A stretch of 64,000 bases of DNA from an uncultured delta proteobacterium (GTDB lineage Bacteria; Myxococcota_A; Polyangia; Polyangiales; Polyangiaceae), in the NCBI GenBank assembly GCA_963841435.1, contig CAWJCS010000005.1, positions 1,664,001 through 1,728,000 of the forward strand. The letters are read 5' to 3'. Position numbers and translations under genes: made by a program. Below are positions 9,382-17,961 of the stretch, piece by piece. Position 1 is the first letter of the stretch. Each line of letters starts with the position of its first letter. The notes under the pieces were generated by a model. That model saw only the letters and a list, made by a program, of their open reading frames with translations. It was not told where the DNA came from and did no database searches.

Positions 9382-9951
9382 ATGCCGCGCGACGAGCCCG
9401 CCATTTCGCTGATCCGGCTGATCCCGCCGGAGCCTCCCCCGCCCGAAGGCGGGGTCGTGCCCGCGCTCGATCTCGACTCGCTCTTCCGCCGCTATTCGTC
9501 CTACGTCGCCGCCATTGCCCACCGCCTGCTCGGTCGCGAGGAGGACGTCGATGACACGATCCAGGAAGTGTTTCTCGCCGCCGTTCGCGGCGTCCACGCC
9601 TTGCGTGACCCGGCGGCCGTCCGCGGCTGGCTGGCGCGCGTCACCGTGCGCACCGCCCGGCTCAAGCTCCGAAAGCGCCGCATGCGCTCGTTCCTCGGCC
9701 TCGACGAGCCATCGACGTACGACGCCGTGATCGACAAGAGCGCGAGCGCCGAGCAGCGGGCGCTCGTCACGCGCGTTTATCGTCTGCTCGACGGCATGCC
9801 GGCCAATCGCCGCATCGCCTGGTCGCTGCGCTACATCGAGGGTGAGCCGCTCGACAACGTCGCGGCGCTTTCCGGCTGCTCGCTCGCGACGGCCAAGCGC
9901 CGCATCGCGGCCGCGGCGCGTGAGCTGGAGGAGGCGTTCGGCGATGCTTGA
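9382..9951 (+). CDS. ECF RNA polymerase sigma-70 factor
   Basis: Region 2 LFRRYSSYVAAIAHRLLG...DDTIQEVFL...GWLARVT; region 4 VAALSGCSLATAKRRI. Start codon uncertain (9334 or 9382). Confidence 0.9.
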   Translation: MPRDEPAISLIRLIPPEPPPPEGGVVPALDLDSLFRRYSSYVAAIAHRLLGREEDVDDTIQEVFLAAVRGVHALRDPAAVRGWLARVTVRTARLKLRKRRMRSFLGLDEPSTYDAVIDKSASAEQRALVTRVYRLLDGMPANRRIAWSLRYIEGEPLDNVAALSGCSLATAKRRIAAAARELEEAFGDA

Positions 9952-11041
9952 CCTGGGCGAACGCCTCGCAGAGTCGCGCGACCTCATCGAGCCGTCGTGG
10001 ACGGCCGCGCGCGAGGTGCGGCTGCGCGCCGCCGTGATCGTGGGCTTGAAGCGGGAGCGTCGCCAGCGCGCCGCGCTCGTCGCCGTGCTCGGCGCGGCCA
10101 TCCTCGTTTTCGGCATCTGGCTCGGCCGGCGCCAGGGTTCCGTGGCGCACGTCGCGGCGCCCGAGCCAGCGGCCCTGGTTCGGCTCGAAGACGGCTCGGT
10201 CGTCACGGCGCGCTCGTCGGAAGCGCGCGTCGAAAGCGTCGCCGTCGCGCCGGACGCCGTGACGTTGCGGCTCGAGCAAGGCAGCGCGCATTTCAGCGTT
10301 ACGCCGAATCCCGAGCGTCCTTTCCGCGTGCTCGCAGGAGACGTGACCGTCAGCGTGCTCGGCACGGTCTTCGATGTCGCGCTCGAGCCGAGCGGTGTGC
10401 GCGTCGCCGTCGAGCGAGGGCGCGTGCGCGTCGGCGGCCCCCGCGGCACACGCGAGCTCGGCGTTGGCGAGAGTGAGCTCTTCGCGGCGGTTCCGGTCAC
10501 CACGCCGAGCGCCCTCGAGCTGGCGCCGCCCGCCCCCACGGCGGACGAAACACCCGAGCCCACGCGCGGTCCGTCGCCGCAGGCCTCCTGGCGCTCGCTC
10601 GCGGTCGATGGCGCGTACGGTCCCGCGCTCGCGCGCCTCACCGCCGAGGGTCCGAATGCCGTACGCGACACGCCCGAGGACCTCCTGCTCGCGGCGGACG
10701 TGGCTCGTCTCGGGGGTCACCCCGAGCGCGCCGTGGCCCCGCTCGAGCGCGTCATCAACGGCCACCCGTTCGACTCGCGCGCCCCCCTCGCGGCGTTCAC
10801 GCTCGGCCGCACGCTGCTCGAGCAGCTCGGCCGTCCCCGGCAGGCGGCGCACGCGTTCGCCACGGCCCGCCAGCTCGATCGCGCCGGGGCGCTCACGCAG
10901 GACGCCCTCGCCCGCGAGGTCGAGGCCTGGTCGCGCGCCGGCGACAGCGAAAAGGCCCGCGAACGCGCTACCGAGTACCTGAAGCGTTACCCGACGGGGC
11001 GGCGCGCGGGAGCCGTGCGGCGCCTCGGCGGCGTCGACTAG
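9944..11041 (+). CDS. FecR-domain anti-sigma factor with C-terminal TPR-like helices
   Basis: ATG 9944 overlaps the sigma-factor stop; single TM; FecR motif LRLEQGSAHFSVTPNPERPFRVLAGDVTVSVLGTVF; C-terminal YLKRYPTGR. Confidence 0.85.
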   Translation: MLDLGERLAESRDLIEPSWTAAREVRLRAAVIVGLKRERRQRAALVAVLGAAILVFGIWLGRRQGSVAHVAAPEPAALVRLEDGSVVTARSSEARVESVAVAPDAVTLRLEQGSAHFSVTPNPERPFRVLAGDVTVSVLGTVFDVALEPSGVRVAVERGRVRVGGPRGTRELGVGESELFAAVPVTTPSALELAPPAPTADETPEPTRGPSPQASWRSLAVDGAYGPALARLTAEGPNAVRDTPEDLLLAADVARLGGHPERAVAPLERVINGHPFDSRAPLAAFTLGRTLLEQLGRPRQAAHAFATARQLDRAGALTQDALAREVEAWSRAGDSEKARERATEYLKRYPTGRRAGAVRRLGGVD

Positions 11042-11059
11042 CGCGCCGTCCCGGCGTCC

Positions 11060-11347
11060 TCAGCGCAGATTGTCCGGTACGGCGGCCAGTCGCACGATCT
11101 TCGTGCGCCCCGAGTGTCCGCTGACGATCGTCACGTCGCGCTGCCTTAGCTCGAAGTGCCGCGCGAGCGTGCGGACGAGCTCGTCGTTCGCCGCGCCGTC
11201 CACGGGCGGCGCTGCCACCTGCACCTCGAGCTCCCCGCCCTTCACGCCGAGCACGCGGCTCTCTCTCGCGCGCGGCTTCACGCGCACGCGCAGCGTCGCT
11301 CCTTCTGCGTCGATCGTCACCGCCTGGGCGCCTTCGGTCCGCGACAC
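11060..11347 (-). CDS. DUF167 (YggU/UPF0235) family protein
   Basis: VRVKPRAR...VAAPPVDGAANDEL...IVSGHSGRTKIV. Confidence 0.92.
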   Translation of the reverse strand: MSRTEGAQAVTIDAEGATLRVRVKPRARESRVLGVKGGELEVQVAAPPVDGAANDELVRTLARHFELRQRDVTIVSGHSGRTKIVRLAAVPDNLR

Positions 11348-11556
11348 GGTCCCGCCGGCAGCCTACCAGGCCGTCCGGTCCCCGGCCGCGACCCCATCCC
11401 TCGAGGGTCGCTCGAGGGTCGTCCGAGGGTCGTCGAGTCTTTTCGAGGCGACCTTTGCGCGGCGGCAGTCAACGGCGCCCGGGCGCCCCGTTCCGCTCGT
11501 TTTTGCCGCGTTCGCGCTGGCGGGGCCCCGGCGGCCCGTGACAAGCTCGGCGCATC

Positions 11557-13134
11557 GTGCGGCGCCCCCTGCTCCTCAGCGGCTTCATGGCGACGGGCAA
11601 GTCCACCGTCGGCCGCCTCGTCGCCGTGCGCACGGGCCGCCCCTTCATCGACCTCGACCTCGCCATCGAGGCCCGGCTCGGCGCGAGCGTGCGCGACCTC
11701 TTCGCTCGCATGGGCGAGGCCGGCTTTCGCGCCGAAGAGCGGCGCGAGCTCGAAGCGCTGCTCGACGCAAGCTCGCCCTCGCCGCCGGTCGTGGCGCTCG
11801 GCGGCGGTGCGCTCTTGCCGCGCGACCTCAGGCTGCGCGCGCTCGACGCCGCGGTCGTCGTCACGCTCGAGAGCTCGCCTGGCGAGATCGCACGGCGTGC
11901 CGGCGATGCCGCTTCGCGCCCGCTGCTCGGCGCCGCGAACCCGGTCGTGCGCGCCGCCGAGCTCATCGGGCAGCGCCAGGTCGCCTACGCCGAGGCCCAC
12001 GCCCGCATCCCGACGGACGAAAAGACGCCCGAGGTCGTGGCTGAAGCCGTTCGCGCCGTCTGGGAGCGGGACGCCATCGCCGTCGCCTCGGGCGCGCGTT
12101 CGTATGCGGTCGAAATCGGCCACGGTCTCGTCGAAGCGCGCCTCGCCGAGCTGGCCAGCGGGGCCTCGCTCGCGCTGCTCGTGACGGACGAAAACGTCGA
12201 TCCTTTGCACGGCGCCGCCGCCCGCGCCGCGCTCGGCAGCACGCGCGTCCCCGCGCTCGTGCTGCCCGCGGGCGAGCGCGAAAAGCACGTCGGCAGCGTC
12301 GAGCGCATCTGGAAGGCGTTGCTCGCCGCCGGGGCCGATCGCAAGAGCGTGCTCGTGGGTCTCGGCGGCGGTGTGGTCACGGACATGACGGGCTTCGCCG
12401 CGGCGACCTACATGCGCGGCGTGCGCTGGCTCGGGCTGCCCTCCACGCTGCTCGCAATGGTCGACGCGTCGGTCGGGGGCAAGACGGGCGTCGACCTCGA
12501 GCAGGCGAAGAACGCCGTCGGCGCCTTTTGGCAGCCGTCCGGCGTGCTCTGCGACACGGCGCTCGAGGCGACCGAGCCCTTGCGCGGCTACACGAGCGCG
12601 CTCGCCGAGGTCGTCAAGACGGCGCTCATCGGCGACCCGGAGCTGTTCGACCTCCTCGAACGGAACGTCGCAGCCATCCGCGCGCGCGACGCCGCGCTCG
12701 TCGCCGAGATGGTGCGCCGCTCCGTGCGAGTGAAGGCGCGCATCGTCGGGCTCGACGAGCGCGAGAGCGGCCTTCGCGCCGTGCTGAATTTCGGGCACAC
12801 GCTTGGACACGCGCTCGAAGCTCAGGCGGGCTTCGAACGGCTGGCCCACGGCGAGGCCGTCAGTCTCGGCATGGTCGGAGCGCTTCGAATCGGCGAGGCC
12901 CTGGGAGACACGCCTGCCGACCTCACCGTGAGGGTCAAGGGGCTGCTCGCCGCGCTCGGGCTGCCCGTGGACCTCGGCGGCGAGCCCGTGACGGCGGCGG
13001 TCAAGCTCATGAGCCTCGACAAGAAACGCTCCGGCAAGACGCTGCGCTTCGTCGTCGCGCTCGCGCCGGGCCGCGTCGAGCTTCGTGATCTACCGCTCAA
13101 CGAGCTCGAGCGGCTCGCGAATGGCCTCGGGTAG
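11557..13134 (+). CDS. aroKB: Bifunctional shikimate kinase / 3-dehydroquinate synthase (AroK-AroB fusion)
   Basis: N-terminal GFMATGKSTVG and GEAGFRAEE; C-terminal GGGVVTD, MVDASVGGKTG, LNFGHTLGHALE, HGEAV, DKK. Confidence 0.95.
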   Translation: MRRPLLLSGFMATGKSTVGRLVAVRTGRPFIDLDLAIEARLGASVRDLFARMGEAGFRAEERRELEALLDASSPSPPVVALGGGALLPRDLRLRALDAAVVVTLESSPGEIARRAGDAASRPLLGAANPVVRAAELIGQRQVAYAEAHARIPTDEKTPEVVAEAVRAVWERDAIAVASGARSYAVEIGHGLVEARLAELASGASLALLVTDENVDPLHGAAARAALGSTRVPALVLPAGEREKHVGSVERIWKALLAAGADRKSVLVGLGGGVVTDMTGFAAATYMRGVRWLGLPSTLLAMVDASVGGKTGVDLEQAKNAVGAFWQPSGVLCDTALEATEPLRGYTSALAEVVKTALIGDPELFDLLERNVAAIRARDAALVAEMVRRSVRVKARIVGLDERESGLRAVLNFGHTLGHALEAQAGFERLAHGEAVSLGMVGALRIGEALGDTPADLTVRVKGLLAALGLPVDLGGEPVTAAVKLMSLDKKRSGKTLRFVVALAPGRVELRDLPLNELERLANGLG

Positions 13135-13252
13135 GTGGCCCTCGCACACGCGCTTCGATAAGCGCGGTTCACCTAATTTTTGCGCGGGTTGGGGGCGGCC
13201 GCTAAGCTTCTAAGTGGCGCGGTCAGGCACCCAATTCCGCCCCAGAGGTTTC

Positions 13253-13997
13253 ATGCCCAGGTTCTCGAAGTCCGTAGCCGCTGGCGCTTTGCTCGCCGGA
13301 GCGGCGCTCGCGATGGGCGGCTGCGCCGACAACGATAGCTCGCTGTTCGTGTACGGCGTCTTCGCGCTCGGGCGCACGCAGTGTCTCGCCCAGCCCGATG
13401 CGACGGCCGTTCTGCTCCCGTCCGGGACGCTCGATCGCGAGGTCGCGAACGGCTACGAGGCTGCGCTCCTTGTCGGCAGCCAGCTCACCCAGCGCGGTAG
13501 CCGCGAAAACCTTCGTACCGAGAACGTCCCGCCTCCACATCGAGGGAGCACACATCACGCTGTACGGGACGGACGGCAGCGTCCAGACGCCCCCCGACGC
13601 CGCCGCCACGGGTCTCGTTCCGCCCGCGAGCGGCACGGACCCCGGTCTGGCTGCCGTGTTCGCACAGCTCATTCGGAGCGAAGATCTCGCGGGGCTCGGC
13701 CCGCCTGGCCAAGCCATCGTTCGCATTCGCCTCTTCGGCACCACGCTGGGTGGCCAAGCAATCGAATCGGGCGACTACGACTATCCCATTCAGGTCTGCG
13801 ACGGCTGCCTGATCAGCTACCCCTCCGAGGCCGCGCTCATGGGCTCGGTGGCGTACATCTGCGATCCGAGGATCGAGGTGAAGCAGGAGGTCGTCCCGTG
13901 CGTTCTGGGGCAGGACGTGCCAGTGCCGTGCACCTATTGTGCGGCGACGAACCCGATCTGTTTGGACCCCGCGAACAACAAGTCGCTCACTCCTTGA
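13253..13997 (+). CDS. Cys-rich lipoprotein (apparent +1 frameshift at 13523-13524)
   Basis: Signal and lipobox (LAMGGC). Removing one A joins ...ENLRTE to TSRLHIEGAHITL..., ending in a Cys-rich tail (CDGC...C...C...CTYC...C). Confidence 0.7.
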
Positions 13998-14539
13998 GCT
14001 GCCGGGTCGCCGTCGGAGCGGCCGCCGTCCTTTTGGTGCCGCTCGCTCCGTTGACGGCCGCCGCGTCGCCACAGGGGCGTGCCGGCGTGCGGCCGGCGGT
14101 CTGCGGCGTCGGGGTCGAGCGCCGCCTCTGGCAAAGCACGCGCTTCTGCGGCGCGCTGACCGGCGACCTACTTCTCGGTCGCTCCCGCAACGCCGACTTC
14201 GGAATCGGTCCTTACGTGGAGCTCGGCACGGCGGGATTCTTCGACGTGCGAGTGGGCGGCGGCGCGTCGCTGCTCGTCCCGGTGAGCCCTGACTTCCCGC
14301 TGGTCGCCTCCATCGGGGTCTACGACCACGCGCTCCGTGAGCCCGCGCTAGCGGCGACCTTGTTCTGGGGAGCGCGCAGCTACAACTTCGGTGGTGCCTA
14401 CAACCTTGGGCTCGGGCTGTTCGCCAGCGCGAGCACCGATCTCGGCGGCGACCGAGCGACCCTCGTCACGCTCGGTGCCGACATCGACGCGTTCTTCCTC
14501 GCCGCGCCGTTCATCCTGCTCGTGAGCGCCTTGCGCTGA
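13994..14539 (+). CDS. Exported/membrane hypothetical protein, beta-strand-rich
   Basis: TTG overlaps the upstream TGA; signal-like AAAVLLVPLAPLTAAA; coherent frame to the stop at 14539. Confidence 0.6.
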   Translation: MSCRVAVGAAAVLLVPLAPLTAAASPQGRAGVRPAVCGVGVERRLWQSTRFCGALTGDLLLGRSRNADFGIGPYVELGTAGFFDVRVGGGASLLVPVSPDFPLVASIGVYDHALREPALAATLFWGARSYNFGGAYNLGLGLFASASTDLGGDRATLVTLGADIDAFFLAAPFILLVSALR

Positions 14540-14552
14540 CGACTCTCGCGGG

Positions 14553-14873
14553 TCAGGGCGAGGGCGCGTCGCCGGCTTCGGCTGGCACCGCCGACGCCTC
14601 GATGGCGGCGTCGAGACGCGACAGGACGGAGCCGAGCATCTCGCGTGAGCGGTGCGCGAGCTTCACGTTGCGCGAGCGCTCCTCCTCGAGGTCGTGCGCG
14701 AGCGACATCGCTGCGAGCAAGAGCGATTGCGCCGAGACGGCCCGCCCTGGTCCCGTGACGGCGCGCAGTCGCGCGTCGACGATCTCGGCGAGGCGCTTCA
14801 GCTCCTGCTCGTCAGCCGACGCAACGACGCGGTAGGTCTGACCACCGACACGTAGCTCGACGGGCACGCTCAT
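14553..14873 (-). CDS. zapA: Cell division protein ZapA
   Basis: VELRVGGQTYRV...LKRLAEIVDARL...LLLAAMSLAHDL followed by a coiled coil. Confidence 0.88.
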   Translation of the reverse strand: MSVPVELRVGGQTYRVVASADEQELKRLAEIVDARLRAVTGPGRAVSAQSLLLAAMSLAHDLEEERSRNVKLAHRSREMLGSVLSRLDAAIEASAVPAEAGDAPSP

Positions 14874-14951
14874 CGCCCCGCTACGCTACCACCCAACTCC
14901 AGGGATGGAAATGGAGCGAGGCGTACACCAGAAGGCGTGGCCTTTGGCCCC

Positions 14952-15026
14952 CGGCCCAGGCGAGCAGCCCGCGCCGAGGTGCGAGTGACCCGGGGACCGC
15001 CGTGTGCACGAGGGCTCACCGGGCCG
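14952..15026 (-). other. Long GC-rich imperfect hairpin right after the tetR stop (terminator/REP-like or small structured RNA)
   Basis: CGGCCCAGGCGAGC (14952-14965) is near-complementary to GCTCACCGGGCCG (15014-15026). Confidence 0.4.
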
Positions 15027-15656
15027 CTACCGCAACAACCGCACGGCAACGTTGACGAGCACTCGTTCTGCGGCGATCCGCACGGCGACAGGCGCGGGAT
15101 CGGCGGCAAGGCAGGCGGTCGCGTAGGGTCGGGCGAAGGCTTCCGCGGCGGCGGCGACGGCGCGCACCCGAAGCGGCTCGCGCGCTGTGCTCACCCCGCT
15201 ACTTGCAACGACCTCGAGCGCCCTCGCGATGGCTCGCTCGAATGCGCTTCCCGCGAGCGACAACGCGTCGCGGTGGGTCACGAGCGCGAGAAGCATCGCC
15301 GCAGGATCGTCTTCGACCTCGGCGAGCCACGCTGCGGCGAGAGCGCGCAGGCGCTCCACCGGTGTGCGCGAGCGCCGCTCTGCCGCGGCGAGCGACTCCT
15401 CGACGCGGTGAGCGACCGCCGCGAGCGCGGCGCGCTGCGCGTGCTCGAGATCGTCGAAGTACTCGTAGAACGTGCTGCGACCAACTCCGGCGAGCGCGAT
15501 CACGCGAGCGACGTTTCGAGGGCCATCGCCGACCAGAATCCGGGCCGTCGCAGCGAGGAGACGATCGCGCTGCTCGGAGAGGCGCTGCTCCCGGGTCTGG
15601 TGCCGGTCGTATTGGCCCCGGCCGGGGGCCGGCGAGAAGGTCTCTGAGTCGCCCAT
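15027..15656 (-). CDS. TetR/AcrR family transcriptional regulator
   Basis: HTH RDRLLAATARIL...NVARVIALAGVGRSTFYEYF; ATG 15656 preferred as start. Confidence 0.9.
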   Translation of the reverse strand: MGDSETFSPAPGRGQYDRHQTREQRLSEQRDRLLAATARILVGDGPRNVARVIALAGVGRSTFYEYFDDLEHAQRAALAAVAHRVEESLAAAERRSRTPVERLRALAAAWLAEVEDDPAAMLLALVTHRDALSLAGSAFERAIARALEVVASSGVSTAREPLRVRAVAAAAEAFARPYATACLAADPAPVAVRIAAERVLVNVAVRLLR

Positions 15657-15754
15657 GAAGACACAGATAGTCTCAATGATACCACGCAGTCGCGTGGACA
15701 CTGAACGATCGCGGACGGCACGCTGGCCCTTAGGTACTTTGGGCGCTCGTCACA

Positions 15755-15877
15755 TTGGTACGATAAGGTATTCATGTAGAGCAGCTCATGGGGCGTTGAG
15801 CCAACGCCGGCTGGACGTTTACTATAAAGAACAATAATTTCAGGTAGTTAAGTATAAAGATACCATCGTATTCATGT
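15755..15877. promoter_or_regulatory. AT-rich divergent control region between tetR and bioF with direct and inverted repeats
   Basis: About 25% GC over 15818-15875; GTT(T/A)A(C/G)TATAAAGA at 15817 and 15847; GTATTCATGT at 15768 and 15868; palindrome GGCGTTG-AGC-CAACGCC at 15792-15808. Confidence 0.6.
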
Positions 15878-16105
15878 CCGGTGGGTCTTGGGGCCCGGAG
15901 TCCGAGACGGGTGGGTTCGTCGGCGAGGCCGGCCCGGTCGCGAGAAGGGCGCGGGCGCTGCGAGGGCGCTGGGGGAGCTGCCCGCCGGGGCTCGGTCCTC
16001 CCCAGGCGACGAGCGCCACGCCTGCCGAGTCGACGGCGCTGGATTCAGCACCGCATGTCGCAACGGCGGCTGCCGCCCGCCTCGTGTGCTGCTAGGCTCG
16101 CGCCC

Positions 16106-17284
16106 GTGTCGGGTCTCGCGGACTCGTTCGCAGCAGGGGAGCTAGCAGCGCTCGAGTCTCGAGGCTTGCTCCGCCACCCCGACGACGGCGCCGCTCGTGC
16201 CGCCTCAGCGGCCGCCGCCAGGGATCTCGGCGTGCCATTCATCGACGCTTCTTCCAACGACTACCTGGGGTTTGCCGCTGGGGGTGTTTCACGTGAAACA
16301 AGTGTTCAGGGAGCGCCGGGCGCCGGCGCCTCGCGGCTGATCCACGGCACGCGCCCCGAGCATGTGGAGCTCGAGCGAGCGCTCGCGGCGTGGATTGGAG
16401 CCCCGGCCGCGCTGCTGTTCTCGTCAGGGTACGCGGCGAACGTCGGGCTCCTTCAGGCGCTCGGCACCGACGGCACGGTGATCGTGTCGGACGCCCTGAA
16501 CCATGCCTCCATCGTCAACGGGTGCCGGCTGGCCCGCGCCCGCGTCGAGGTCGTGCCCCACCTGGACGTCGGAGCCGTTGAAGGCGCGCTGGCGGGCGCC
16601 GGGAGCTCGCGCGCGCGGTGGGTCGTTGTCGAGTCCCTCTTCAGCATGGACGGGGACGGTTCGGACCTCACTTCCCTTCGGGCGATCTGCGACCGCTACC
16701 GGGCCGGCCTCGTCGTCGACGAGGCGCACGCTCTCGGCGTCTTTGGCCCGCGTGGCTCGGGTCGGTGCCGGGCCGATGGCGTGGTGCCGGACGCGCTCGT
16801 GGGCACGCTGGGCAAGGCGGTGGGCGCGCAGGGCGCCTTCGTCGCCGGGTCGGATGCGCTTCGAACGCTGCTCTGGAACCGTGCTCGGCCCTTCGTCTTC
16901 TCCACGGCGCCCTCGCCGCTTCTCGCCGAGCTGGGCCTGTTTCACGTGCAACGTGCCGAGAGCGCCGAACCCGAGCGCACCAGACTTCATGCCTTCGCTG
17001 CAGAGCTTCGCGATCGGCTCGCAGCGCACGGCGTGGTGGTCGCGGACGGTCGCACTTCGGGCGTCGCGTCCCCCATCATTCCCATCATCGTGGGCAGCAA
17101 CGAACGCGCACTCGGAGTTGCTGTACGCCTCGGCTCAAGCGGCATCCTCGCTCAGGCAATCCGCTATCCCACCGTACCGCAGGGCACGGCTCGCCTCCGC
17201 GTCACGGTCAGCGCGGCCTGGCCTGACGGCGCGCCGGCTAGAGTGGCGTCGGCGGTCGCGAGCGCGCTCGCGGAGGTCACGTGA
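16106..17284 (+). CDS. bioF: 8-amino-7-oxononanoate synthase
   Basis: SSNDYLG, GAGASRL, FSSGYAAN, SDALNHASI, ESLFSMDGD, DEAHALG, GTLGKAVG, PTVP...RLR. Directly upstream of bioD; GTG 16106 is the likely start. Confidence 0.93.
   Translation: MSGLADSFAAGELAALESRGLLRHPDDGAARAASAAAARDLGVPFIDASSNDYLGFAAGGVSRETSVQGAPGAGASRLIHGTRPEHVELERALAAWIGAPAALLFSSGYAANVGLLQALGTDGTVIVSDALNHASIVNGCRLARARVEVVPHLDVGAVEGALAGAGSSRARWVVVESLFSMDGDGSDLTSLRAICDRYRAGLVVDEAHALGVFGPRGSGRCRADGVVPDALVGTLGKAVGAQGAFVAGSDALRTLLWNRARPFVFSTAPSPLLAELGLFHVQRAESAEPERTRLHAFAAELRDRLAAHGVVVADGRTSGVASPIIPIIVGSNERALGVAVRLGSSGILAQAIRYPTVPQGTARLRVTVSAAWPDGAPARVASAVASALAEVT
16285..16300. other. parS: parS centromere-like site (perfect palindrome) inside bioF
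   Basis: TGTTTCACGTGAAACA, identical to the widely conserved ParB-binding consensus. Confidence 0.9.
16938..16953. other. parS: Second, imperfect parS site inside bioF
   Basis: TGTTTCACGTGCAACG, 14/16 match to the perfect site. Confidence 0.6.
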
Positions 17285-17949
17285 CCCGACGTGTGTTGAT
17301 CGTGGGGACGGGCACGGGTGTCGGCAAGACTTGGGTCGGGTGCATGCTCGCCAGGGCCGCGGCGAGTCGGGGTGCGCGGGTGGTCGGTCTCAAGCCAGTC
17401 GAGAGCGGGGTCGCCGCGCCCCTGGCTCCGGGATCCGATGCGGCGGCGCTCGCGGCGGCCGCCGGGTTCCGGCCAGGCCCGCCACCGTACGGACTTCTGG
17501 GCGCGATCTCGCCGCACCTTGCGGCGCGCCGCTCGGGTACGCGCATCGAGCTCGAGCAGATCCTCATATACGTCCAGGACAATGAGTCCATCGCCGGAGA
17601 GCCCGCCGCCCTTTGCCTGATCGAGAGCGCCGGGGGTCTCTTCACGCCGCTCGGCCATGGCCTCACGAACTTCGATCTCGTGGCGACCCTCGAGCCCGAG
17701 TGGCTCGTGCTCGTAGCGCCGGACGCGCTCGGGGTGCTCCACGACGTCACGGCGACGCTCGGGCTCGCGCGCGCGCTCGGGCGCGACCCGGACGTGGTCG
17801 TGCTCTCGGCCGGGCGCACGCCCGACGAGAGCACGGGCACCAACGCCGAGGAGCTCGTGGAGCTCGGTATCGCGAAGAGCGTCTTTCGCGTGGAACGCGA
17901 TGCGAAGGAGACCCTGACGCCGCTCGTCGATGCGCTGCTTTCCCCATAA
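17281..17949 (+). CDS. bioD: Dethiobiotin synthase
   Basis: GTGTGVGKT P-loop, LKPVESG, SPHLAA, IESAGGLFTPL. Confidence 0.93.
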   Translation: MTRRVLIVGTGTGVGKTWVGCMLARAAASRGARVVGLKPVESGVAAPLAPGSDAAALAAAAGFRPGPPPYGLLGAISPHLAARRSGTRIELEQILIYVQDNESIAGEPAALCLIESAGGLFTPLGHGLTNFDLVATLEPEWLVLVAPDALGVLHDVTATLGLARALGRDPDVVVLSAGRTPDESTGTNAEELVELGIAKSVFRVERDAKETLTPLVDALLSP

Positions 17950-17961
17950 TTCGGGCTGGGT

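Noticed and set aside
13214-14539. 441-aa single ORF
   Set aside because: Chimera of two genes caused by the indel at 13523-13524.
14540-15026. 6S RNA (ssrS) next to zapA
   Set aside because: Only 13 bp lie downstream of zapA; the upstream hairpin is too short and I could not see the 6S central bubble. Needs an Rfam scan to exclude fully.
15815-15862. dif/Xer recombination site
   Set aside because: GTTTACTATAA only loosely resembles a XerD arm; no matching XerC arm at 6-bp spacing, and nearby parS argues against the terminus.
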